From: Savitreella phatthalungensis
Taxonomy: Eukaryota
NCBI GenBank assembly: GCA_051599415.1
Contig: AP039690.1
Coordinates: forward strand, 558,001 to 622,000
Direction: 5' to 3'
DNA: 64,000 nt
A model generated the notes under the pieces. It worked only from the letters and a program-made list of their open reading frames with translations. It did no database searches and was not told where the DNA came from. The translations under genes and the position numbers were made by a program. Positions 29,319 to 39,437 of the stretch are shown here, piece after piece; the stretch's first letter is position 1; every line of letters starts with the position of its first letter.

Positions 29319-32300
29319 TTAGTGGACGCCCCGTGTGTCCGTTGGCTCGCCAAGCTGGACAGCCTCATGCGATTCTTCATGAATGTGACTCGCTTGCTCT
29401 TCCTCTTCTTCCAAGAGCTTGAGTAGCAGTTTCGTTCTGATAAGGCTCAGATAGGACGGCACGTATGGTGTGCGTAGTTCCACGATCTGACGAGGTTGTG
29501 CTATCTCAAACGCCGATATCTCGTCCAGTGGCACATTCTCGAGTAAAATGTCAGTTGTCTCCTCTTGCGTCACTCGCCCAGCAACAGCCTTGAGTATTTC
29601 CGGGCTGATGGGATTTTCAAAGTCAGCCGGATAGTACTGATTGATGAGTTTGTGAATCTGACGGTTGGACAAACACCAGCAGATGTCGTACAGAATATCG
29701 ATATCCGCAATCGTGGACTTCTTGAGTTGTAGCAGCTTGGTCGCCTGCATTAAATGCTCGAGCTGCAGGACAAGTTCAGGCATGTCATGCGTCTTGCACC
29801 ATTCTTCGATGCGGGTGATGTTGTAGTTGATCTGAAGACCGCGTTTCCAAGAGAGGAAGTTTCGTCGCATCAATAAGTCGTTGAAAGCGACCACGCCAAC
29901 CAGTTTGAGCAATTCAGTCATTGTCTGATTGACGACTGTTTGCTCGACGTAGTACGACCTCAACGCCTTGAAAATCTTGTTGAACAGATTCAGGATATCA
30001 TCCATAGAATGCTGCACCTGTGCGCTCGACAAGATTTTGTTGAAAAACCGATTTGATTCATTGGTCATGAAGCCTGGCAGCGCCTGTGACTCGATCAGAG
30101 CCGGAACGATCATCTTACTCAATCGCTTTTTGAGCTCTTTCATCCAGGTGTGATATATGTTGAACTCAAGCGACTCGAGATCATGACGCACCAGAGAGAT
30201 GAGCCGATCATATTCTTGCCACTGCAAGTCGTCCATGCCTGCATTGTCCTTTAGGATGTCGCCCTCAGCCATCCAGACGAACGATAAAACCTCGTGGACG
30301 TTCGACAACCAGAAAGCACCTGGATTGATCGTATCATCACCCTCATACGTCATGACTTGTTGTTGTATAGCCTGCATGACATTGGCTAGGAGTCTTTCGG
30401 ACTCCTTAATGTAGCCCCACTTCCACATTTCGGACACAATCAAATTGATCAGTCGAGCAGGAAAGAGAATGTCATCGATGCTCGGGGGTGTTTGCAGGCT
30501 GGGCTGCGGCATTTTGAGGCTTTGGATCATGCCATACATGATCTCATTATTCAACTGGTCGTCGTCCTCAAGAATGTTCATGATTTGCTGATCCAGCGAC
30601 GCGTCTGATCGTTCGTGAGAATGCCGGCTTACAGAGCGCTCACCGGAAGCAATGCTTGGGAAAATTGGAGGCGCTGCCGTCGAACCATCGTTTACAGAGC
30701 CATGTGAAGGTGAAGCCAGCAAGCTGCGACGTAATCTCGCTCGAGGCGGCGTTCGTGGCGAATTTGCGCCTAGATTTGTTCTCCGCTCACTTGTGCTGGA
30801 CAGTTTCCTCAGGCGCGCTATCTCTGCTTTGAGGGTTTCGATTTCCTTTTGAAGAACATCGCGCGCTTGTCTATCGCCCTGCTGAGCGACTAGAGCTGCA
30901 TTCAAGGCTGTTTGCCTCTGATTGACATCGAGCTTGATTTCCTCCAGCTCCTTAAGAGCTCCATGCAAGTCTGCTTCTGCCTTGTCGAGCCTCTGCCCTT
31001 TCTCCTTCGCCTCGAGCCGAAGTTTGGAAAGTTCCACCTCTAGGGGCTCGAGAGTGCCGAGGCGCTTCTGCAGCAGGTCGCGCTCGCCTGTGACCGAGAG
31101 TCTTGAAGCCTCGCTAGCAGTATTAGCGTCTCTCATCGCATCGACACGACTCAGCAAGTCGGAAATGCGGAGCTCATGCGAGGAGATGAGCCTCGACTGC
31201 TCCATGATTTTATTCGCCAGGCCTGCATTTTTCTCTTGGATATGCTTGACCGAGGCCCGCTCTGTCTTCAATCGAAGGAGCTCAGCGCGGGCCTCCTTGC
31301 CGAGCCACACGCGCTGCAATGATGAGACTGCGCTTTTACCGGCTCGCCATCGGCGAGAGAGGCGATGCCCACGCCACACGCGCTGAATCGTTGTCGCAGC
31401 GCGTTCTTGATGCAGCGAGCGCAGCCTGAGTCGCGCCTGATGACCGCGTACTAGAGATTGAACTATAGTCGCAGCCCGGTTGCGTCGACGCAGATCTTCA
31501 GCGTGATGGCGGGCCAAGTAGCCGCGAATCGTCCGTTGTAGGAGGCGAGATTGCTCAACAAGATGCGCACGCCGTCGTGCGACCAACCAGGCTCGTACAA
31601 GATTCTGAATGCTTGTCGCACACGCATTGAGCCGTTGAGTACGCCTTGTCTCGAGTTGTGCGACCACGCCTGGCTTGAAGAACACCTTTGACTTTCCGAC
31701 CTGATATCTTTCGACGCCATCATCCAGGCGCAGTGCAGTTTCAAGTATTGTTCTCGCGAGCTGCTTGAGGTCATCACCGGACCACTGTTCAGATCCAACA
31801 AGACAAAAGTAGCGCTCAACAAATGCTTGAAAGGTTGTTCGCGATGGATAGCCCGCCGCGCTAATACGGATCGTTTCAAGCACGCCGCATGCGACGAGTT
31901 GCTCCTTGACCATTGAAGGTTCAAAGTTCCAGGCCGCTTTCTGCTCGTTCGGCTTGATACAGCGTATGTAGTGTGCGTTCGTCTGGTCAATGGTGTCCAT
32001 GAGCCTGACCAACGAGCTCTTGAAGATAGCCCCGAGTGTCGGTTTGCGAGACGATGCGCCTCCTTTGCCAAGCGTTGACATGGTTGACGATGTCGTGTTA
32101 TGGCCAACATCCTTTCGAGTCAGTATTTTACCTAACAGGACATTGGTCGTCTGCGCGAGCAGTTCGGCTATCTCCTCCGGAACAGTGTCCTTATTTTTGT
32201 CCAGGAACCCTTCGCTGTCGTAGGTGACAGGTAACGCGTAGTGCTGGATCGTAAATGATGACGGCCGCAGCTTTGGTATGGAAAACTGGTCGCTAGATTT

Positions 32301-33968
32301 CAAGGTCTCCATGAGTCGCTGCTGGAATGCACTATCGCTACCACTTGGCAGACGTGCCTGCTCATCAAGAAGTGATAGCACTCCGGTCTTGCCTTCGATT
32401 AGGCCAATGGTAGCAGCATTATCGGAGAATTCGATCATCTGCCATGGTATTCCCTCTGCAACGTACTCTTCCTGCTCGAGCTTGAAGACGTGTGAGTTAA
32501 ACTCTTGCTGTAGCTTCTCATTCGCATAATTGATGCAGAATTGCTCAAATGAGTTCGTCTTGAAGTGCTCAAAGCCATAAATATCGAGGACGCCGATGAA
32601 AGAGCGCGCCCGGTTGTTGATTTCGACGCCACATAATTGCTCATTGATGACGTCGACGAGCCAGTCAAAGACGTTGCTGTATATGTACTTCGCAATCGAG
32701 TCGCGCACAACGATAGCTTCTCGCTGCGTGCGGATGGTCTCAATCTTCTCATTGCGTGTGCGCATTTGGCCTTTGCACACCCATTTGCCCAGTTTCTCGG
32801 CATCGACTCCCAACATGCCGGAAACGCGATTGAGCACAGAATCTGCCGATTTAAGCGATGCGTTGCCACGCGTTGCCACGATCTCGAGATTGCCGATGTG
32901 CAAAACAGCCGCCATGATGGTCCAGAGGGCGGTTTGATCCTGTTGGCTGAGACCGACGAGAGTTAGAGCCTGGCATGTCTCTTCAAAGTCGGCGGCGTCA
33001 TCCACATTATGGATGACTGAATTCCCACCTTGATTCAGGTAATGAAGATCATCGACGCTAGGCAGATGAAGCTCAACACGGGTGTTCTTGTCCAGACCTC
33101 GACAAAGCTGGTAGAAAATATGATAATTGCGTTCATTCGAAGCCTGGAAGTTCAGTCTCGAGCGTTCGAGAAGATATGTGCGCATCCGAGCTCCGATGAT
33201 CTCGGCTTCATCGTCAAACAGCAGCTCGATGTACTTGCCGAAGCGAGACGAGTTGTCGTTACGGATGGTCTTTGCGTTTCCGAACGACTCCATAATCGGG
33301 TTTGTGGCAAGAATTTGGCGTTCCACCTGGCTGACGTCTTCGCGCTTATCGCTACGCAAGCGCCTCTTTTGGTCGGCACTCTCGGCCGTGGCAAAATAGC
33401 GCATGATATAACGAGCCGAAACAGTCTTGCCAGCGCCAGACTCGCCGGAGACAATAATCGTCTGGTTCTGCTTCTCCCTTATCATGCAGCGGTATGCATC
33501 CTCAGCGATAGCATAAAGATGTGGGTCTAGCTCAGCCATAGCATTGCTCTTACCCGCGTACTGCTGCACCCAAGTTTGATCATAGATCGGAACTTTCTCG
33601 AAAGGATTGACGGCGACGAGGACAATGCCGCTGTAGGTATATATCTCGCGTTGTTGATAGCGCGCCTTAATCGCATTGAGAATCGAGGGCGTATTGAGAT
33701 GCGACAACTCTGTCAGATCCTGGACTTGTTCCAGTATTGTTGGGTTACGCAGAGCTGGCAGGGAAGCGTCTGAGGCTTTCAATTTTGTCACAGTGGTCTG
33801 TATTATGTGTTTGTCACCATCGTCATCCAGCAATTCCAGCGAAATTGAGTCCTCGCCCTCAGTCGATTCGCGGCGCGCGATTATCTCGGCACTGATATAG
33901 ACTTTGTCCTTGTGTGCCAGCCAGCAGCGCTGGCCGACGATGTATGCGTCGTCCGCCATGTAAGTCAT
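29319..33968 (-). CDS. MYO2: Class V myosin (Myo2/Myo52-like)
   Basis: GESGAGKT, NDNSSRFGKY and LDIYGFE motor motifs, IQ repeats, coiled coil and DIL cargo domain (SWKRGLQINYNITRIEEWC). Confidence 0.97.
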   Translation of the reverse strand: MTYMADDAYIVGQRCWLAHKDKVYISAEIIARRESTEGEDSISLELLDDDGDKHIIQTTVTKLKASDASLPALRNPTILEQVQDLTELSHLNTPSILNAIKARYQQREIYTYSGIVLVAVNPFEKVPIYDQTWVQQYAGKSNAMAELDPHLYAIAEDAYRCMIREKQNQTIIVSGESGAGKTVSARYIMRYFATAESADQKRRLRSDKREDVSQVERQILATNPIMESFGNAKTIRNDNSSRFGKYIELLFDDEAEIIGARMRTYLLERSRLNFQASNERNYHIFYQLCRGLDKNTRVELHLPSVDDLHYLNQGGNSVIHNVDDAADFEETCQALTLVGLSQQDQTALWTIMAAVLHIGNLEIVATRGNASLKSADSVLNRVSGMLGVDAEKLGKWVCKGQMRTRNEKIETIRTQREAIVVRDSIAKYIYSNVFDWLVDVINEQLCGVEINNRARSFIGVLDIYGFEHFKTNSFEQFCINYANEKLQQEFNSHVFKLEQEEYVAEGIPWQMIEFSDNAATIGLIEGKTGVLSLLDEQARLPSGSDSAFQQRLMETLKSSDQFSIPKLRPSSFTIQHYALPVTYDSEGFLDKNKDTVPEEIAELLAQTTNVLLGKILTRKDVGHNTTSSTMSTLGKGGASSRKPTLGAIFKSSLVRLMDTIDQTNAHYIRCIKPNEQKAAWNFEPSMVKEQLVACGVLETIRISAAGYPSRTTFQAFVERYFCLVGSEQWSGDDLKQLARTILETALRLDDGVERYQVGKSKVFFKPGVVAQLETRRTQRLNACATSIQNLVRAWLVARRRAHLVEQSRLLQRTIRGYLARHHAEDLRRRNRAATIVQSLVRGHQARLRLRSLHQERAATTIQRVWRGHRLSRRWRAGKSAVSSLQRVWLGKEARAELLRLKTERASVKHIQEKNAGLANKIMEQSRLISSHELRISDLLSRVDAMRDANTASEASRLSVTGERDLLQKRLGTLEPLEVELSKLRLEAKEKGQRLDKAEADLHGALKELEEIKLDVNQRQTALNAALVAQQGDRQARDVLQKEIETLKAEIARLRKLSSTSERRTNLGANSPRTPPRARLRRSLLASPSHGSVNDGSTAAPPIFPSIASGERSVSRHSHERSDASLDQQIMNILEDDDQLNNEIMYGMIQSLKMPQPSLQTPPSIDDILFPARLINLIVSEMWKWGYIKESERLLANVMQAIQQQVMTYEGDDTINPGAFWLSNVHEVLSFVWMAEGDILKDNAGMDDLQWQEYDRLISLVRHDLESLEFNIYHTWMKELKKRLSKMIVPALIESQALPGFMTNESNRFFNKILSSAQVQHSMDDILNLFNKIFKALRSYYVEQTVVNQTMTELLKLVGVVAFNDLLMRRNFLSWKRGLQINYNITRIEEWCKTHDMPELVLQLEHLMQATKLLQLKKSTIADIDILYDICWCLSNRQIHKLINQYYPADFENPISPEILKAVAGRVTQEETTDILLENVPLDEISAFEIAQPRQIVELRTPYVPSYLSLIRTKLLLKLLEEEEEQASHIHEESHEAVQLGEPTDTRGVH

Positions 33969-36196
33969 CGACCAGCCTGTTCCGGCATTTCGACGTGACC
34001 AGTGCTGCTTGGAGTATGCGGAAAATGTCGCTGATAGTACGAAATTACGAAACGATGGGATACGCTTTCCGCGAGACTACGAGCTTTGACGAGTCGCTTT
34101 GCTCGTTCACTCGGTTGACCTTGACCTATGGCGAGCACTCGAGCCGCGAAGATGAGACGCGCTTGGCTGCTGGCACTCCTGACATCAATTTGCGAGGAAA
34201 TACTGTGATCGGTTGAGGCGCATCGAACGTGGCTGAACTCCGATAATCAAGCCTGGAGCCCGTGGAGCCGGCTTGAGCCAGGAGCATGGAACAAACAATC
34301 AGAACATCTAAACTGTCACATGTCGACCTGCAAATCCAGCTTCGATGCTGTCGTTGACTCGAAAGCTCAAGAATCCTTCTGAGCTTGACGTCTACAGGAT
34401 CTCCTGGGATTTCGAATACTGACAACAGCTTTTCGAAAGCCATCTGCACTTCAGTGCACGACTCCGTCAGCTCACCAAAACAAATCGATGAGCAGAGCGG
34501 AAGAGGTCCCTCGAAGAATCCAAGCGTCTCTGGCCTCGATATTTCTTTCCTTTGTCATGAAATATGAGGCTGGAAAGCTAGAACCCATATCTGAAGTCCA
34601 TGAGTCCGAAGTAGAAGCTGGATTTTGGCAATGTTGGTAATCAGAAGATGTGAATGTCAAGTCTACCTCTTGACGGCTTCGAAAACGATTGTCCCAGCCG
34701 TGATGATGATTATTATGTGTGCACTGACGTCTAAGCGATAATCATTCAGCCTGACTAATCATCTCGAACCATAGCAGACGCTATAATTGAAGTCGAATGT
34801 CTGCTACTGCCGTGACGCACGTATATGCACGTACACAAGTACTAAACCCGTGGAGTCTGGACCAAGACCAAGCTTTGTTGGCGCTCTGTCATCTCATCTG
34901 CCGCATTGCCGGTCGCGATGATCCAGATACCGGGCCGACAAAATTTGGACAATGCTGGACTCGTTGCGCTGTGCTTAGCCACAGACGCTGCTGTCGCTCT
35001 CACACTCAACATCTTGCATTCTGGGATCACGTAAGTCTTGAATAATAGATTGTCACAATCCGAAAATACAGATGGTCAACATCCCAGAGACCACGGTCTT
35101 TGCCCGAGTCGCAGCTGAAGCAACAGCACGGGATCTATCTATCATCAGCTATTTAAGAGATCAGGACGACCTCGAATTTCTAGGTGGCAGGCCGCGTCAG
35201 ACCATGAACGCGCGTAAGTCTGGCATTCTCCAGCAGCTGTCCACGTCGCAACTATCGTTGAACAGCTCTCTATCTGTGATCAGTCAGATGCTCGATCGCC
35301 GTTATGCGCAAACGAGACTGCGGGAACTTTGATCTTCTGCGGAAACATTCTGTCCTTTTGTTCGGATCTTGAGACCATAAGGTATGACACAGCACGATGC
35401 TCAATAGCGGTCAATCGTATTTTGATCCGGGATGTCATGTGTATTCTGTGCCGAGTCAAGCATCATTGGTATTACAGCACGGACTGTAGCACGTGTTTTT
35501 GTCTCGTATTCCGTGCGCACCAGCCACAACCTGTCTTTCCCGTCATTCTACCATTCTACGACTCCTCCTTAAGAGGATGCGTCACTCTCTTAGAAACGCA
35601 TTTTCTTTCTCCTCCACCGTGTGTCTGCATTTACGGTTGGAGTGCCGCGAAGGATCCAGAATCGCGCTACGCCCAAGACGTGAAGATCAGCTCTTGTCTA
35701 AGGTTGGGACTTCGTGTAGACGGGTTATATGCATGCAAGTAGCATGGTGTAGAGCTCAGCGTGCTGACTTCCACATACAGTACATGCGGTGAGATCACAG
35801 TTTTGCTCATTCCTTTCCTGAGCTTTGCTCAATCATAATTGACCTTCTCGTCGGGCAAGCGTCTGTGTAAGAGAAATTTGCTCCCGAATTTCTTTCTCCT
35901 CAGCTGCATTCTTCTGGAAAGATGGAAGAACCAACCCAACCTTGATCTGACCCGAATTAGCTTTAATCAATCATTGCTCTGGGAAGTCAGTGCATACGCA
36001 GTGCTCCAGGCAATAATTAGGCTTGAGCAAGTCCTCATACATGATAGGGGCGAGTCGCGCAACAAATCGTCAGCTCTGACAAAGGAGATTCCAAGGGGTC
36101 TTGTTTTGCAACGTCAATAGACCAGAGAAACGGAGGCCAAAGAGGACGACGTGATTTGTAAGCGCCGCGACACGCTTTGATATCATCGTTACATCT

Positions 36197-37456
36197 ATGT
36201 CGAGCAACGATTCAAGCTCGAACGTTACAGCTCCGGCTATCGGCGGCATGAACATCACGAATAAGCGCCTGTCTGACCTGGCACCAACGCCAATGAACAC
36301 GCCAGCCTCCGTGTCACAGATGCCTGGTGGTGCAAAGGCGGCGCCTGGTGTCGCTCGTATCGATGAGGACAAGGAGGAGCGTGACAATATCGCCGGGGCA
36401 CTAGCAGGCAACCCGCAACTGCTCAACATGATTCAGGGTAAGCTCGGCACACTGGTTGGCAAATCTTCTGGCTATGTTGAGGGCCTGCCAGCAGATGTTC
36501 GTCGTCGCGTTAATGGACTCAAGGGCGTCCAGTCGGAACACGCGAAGCTGGAAGCAAAATTTCAAGAAGAGATCCTTGCGCTTGAGAAGAAGTATCTGGG
36601 ACTGTATCAGCCGCTATATGATCGACGAGCCCAAATCGTTATCGGAGCTATCGAGCCATCAGAGGATGAGATACAGGTTGGCATGCAGGATGACGAGGAT
36701 GACGAAGAGTCTCAGGCTGAGACGGATTCTGCGAGCGAGAAGATCGAAGGCATTCCAGAATTCTGGCTGACAGCAATGAGGAATGTCGTCAGTCTTTCGG
36801 AGATGATCACTAGTCGGGACGAGTCTGCGCTCAAATCTCTCCAGGACATCCGCATTTCATACCTTGACAAGCCGGGCTTCCGCCTCAGTTTCCACTTTGC
36901 GAACAACGACTTCTTCACTAACAAAGAGGTGACTAAAACTTACTTCTATCAGGAAGAAGCCGGATATGGTGGTGACTTCATCTATGATCGTGCAGAGGGC
37001 GATACTATCCACTGGAAGGATGGTCAAGACCTCACCGTCCGATATGAGACAAAGAAGCAGCGCAACAAGAACACGAAGCAGACACGAATTGTGAAAAAGA
37101 CAGTTCCGGTGGAGAGCTTCTTCAACTTCTTCAACCCTCCTAGCCTACCGGAAGCCGCTGGGGAGAACGATGACGATGTTGATGTGGCGTCTGATATCGA
37201 CGAGCGACTCGAGCTGGACTATCAGATCGGCGAAGACATCAAAGAGAAATTGATTCCCCGGGCAGTTGATTGGTTCACTGGTGCCGCTCTTGCGTACGAA
37301 GAGCTCGATAATGAGGACATGGACGAGGATGACTTTGAAGATTACGACGAGGATCTTTCGGAGGACTCTGACGACGAGGAGGAGGGCGAGGCGACGGGCA
37401 AAGACGGATCAACCTCTGCCGCCGCAAAGCAGGATCCAGAGTGCCGCCAGCAGTGA
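36197..37456 (+). CDS. NAP1: Nucleosome assembly protein 1
   Basis: GIPEFWLTAM, FF.N...TKTY.Y, ESFFNFF.PP, LELDYQIGEDIKEKLIPRAVDWFTG, acidic tail, ends CRQQ. Confidence 0.97.
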   Translation: MSSNDSSSNVTAPAIGGMNITNKRLSDLAPTPMNTPASVSQMPGGAKAAPGVARIDEDKEERDNIAGALAGNPQLLNMIQGKLGTLVGKSSGYVEGLPADVRRRVNGLKGVQSEHAKLEAKFQEEILALEKKYLGLYQPLYDRRAQIVIGAIEPSEDEIQVGMQDDEDDEESQAETDSASEKIEGIPEFWLTAMRNVVSLSEMITSRDESALKSLQDIRISYLDKPGFRLSFHFANNDFFTNKEVTKTYFYQEEAGYGGDFIYDRAEGDTIHWKDGQDLTVRYETKKQRNKNTKQTRIVKKTVPVESFFNFFNPPSLPEAAGENDDDVDVASDIDERLELDYQIGEDIKEKLIPRAVDWFTGAALAYEELDNEDMDEDDFEDYDEDLSEDSDDEEEGEATGKDGSTSAAAKQDPECRQQ

Positions 37457-37752
37457 TGTTCCTGCGAATGAGAAGGTTCGATGCTGGACGCACGTCAGTC
37501 TCGATGTCGTCTCGTAGATGCACTCAATCATGATATCGAAATTTTGTGATCACAGGAGTTTTCATAGTCGACATTCCGAGTTTAGTCGATCGCGATCAGC
37601 GAGGGATCCTCCCTTCATGTTTCCCAGCCATGCATGTTGCAAATTCCAGACGCTCGGGCGATTTGTGAATGATGTAATTTTCAGCCGCGGACACGAGCGT
37701 TCGCGCAACTCAAGAAGACGACGCGCCGGGAGCCTTCATAAGAGAGGTTGCA

Positions 37753-39404
37753 ATGGAGGAAAAATTGGCCGGCTTACGCCTCGACGCTTCGTCGAGATCG
37801 AGCGACACAGTCTCGGAAGAAAGGCAGTCGCGCTCGACGAAGGACTCGACTTCGTCTCCGTCCACAGCCAACCTGGCTCTCGGTAAATACACTCCCATCA
37901 AAAAGTCCTCCTTTGCTGACAACTCAGGCTCCCTCAATGCCGCGCGTGGTAAATCCGCGATTAGAACTGATGTACAGGCGCCTGCAGCCCGGACATCAAG
38001 TGCCACGCAACCGTCGACCGAGGCTTCAAGCAATGACATGGACCCAGAAGTACTCAAACGGATTGCGGCTGTAAGCACACAATTGAGTCAATCGAAGTTG
38101 TGCCTGACTGACAATAAAACTAGTTTGCTGGAAGGTCGCAAAGGCCAGCAGTAGCTAGCCCATTCACATCAGGGCAGGCAGTGGGCGGTCTGTCGGGGAG
38201 ACGGGTGGGTGCTCCGGGGCTCAAGCTTGGTGGCGTCGCAGGCAACGCGCCGACCGGGCTGGGTGCACGTCGCGGGGTTCCCAAGCTCGGTATGCCTGCA
38301 GCACCTGATGCCAGCCATTTGCAGGCTGCAGATCCAACGACACAGAACGGCTTTCAGAAATACGCAAATGTCGTCGATGCGGCCACAGGCTCACTGAAGT
38401 TCAAGGGGGCCGTATTGTCCTCAGAGGGCGTCAACTTCGGTAATGGCCGAGAATACAAAGTAAGACTGCAAGACTTGGACAAATTGGACGAACTCGGTCG
38501 TGGCAATTATGGGACAGTATGGCGTGTGAAGCACAAGACTACCGGCGCAGAAATGGCTATGAAAGAGATTAGACTGGCGCTCGATGAAGCGGTTTTCTCT
38601 CAAATTATCATGGAGCTCGATGTCTTGCACAAAGCAGCATGTCCCGAAATCGTGGATTTTTACGGTGCCTTCTTCGTGGAAGGCTGTGTCTATATCCTCA
38701 TGGAGTTCATGGACGCTGGCTCCTTGGAGAAGATTTATACCACGAATGTGAGCGAGGGCGTCCTTGCCAAGATCACGCTGAGCGCCGTACGGGCCCTGCA
38801 TACTCTGAAAGATCGACACAACATTATCCATCGGGATGTCAAGCCCACAAATATCCTTGTTAACTCGAAAGGCCAGGTGAAACTATGTGACTTCGGCGTC
38901 AGTGGCAACCTCGTCGCTTCGATTGCCAAGACGAATATTGGCTGCCAAAGCTATATGGCGCCAGAACGCATTCGGAGTGAGAATGCCGCCTCTGGTCCGT
39001 CCACTTATACAGTACATTCAGATATATGGTCTCTCGGCTTGTCAATTCTCGAACTAGCCAAAGGCGGATATCCGTACCCACCAGAGACGTACAACAACAT
39101 ATTCGCTCAGCTCCAGGCCATTTGTGATGGCGACCCGCCCGACCTTCCCGCCGAGCACTACAGTGCAGATGCTCGTGATTTTGTCCGACAGTGTCTGAAC
39201 AAAGATCCGAAGTCGCGTCCGCCCTATGCGACTTTGTTGATGCACCCCTGGCTTCGTTACTGGTCAACAGAGCATGTCGATATGCCAGGCTGGATCAAGG
39301 AAGCGCTCGAGATGACTCGACAGACCAAGAATCAGACGGCATCAGCGCCGAGACCGGCAATGCACTCCATCAATACTCAGCTTGTTAGGGATGCTGTGCG
39401 ATAG
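37753..39404 (+). CDS. PBS2: MAP kinase kinase of the HOG/stress pathway (Pbs2/Wis1); intron 38071-38123
   Basis: Kinase with ELG.GNYGTV, IIMELDVLH and DFGVSGNLVASIAKTNIGCQSYMAPERI. A phase-0 53-nt GTAAGC..CTGAC..TAG intron joins ORF 37753 to ORF 38181 in frame. Confidence 0.93.
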
Positions 39405-39437
39405 TCAATGGATTATGCTGCATTGCTTCGCGACGAT

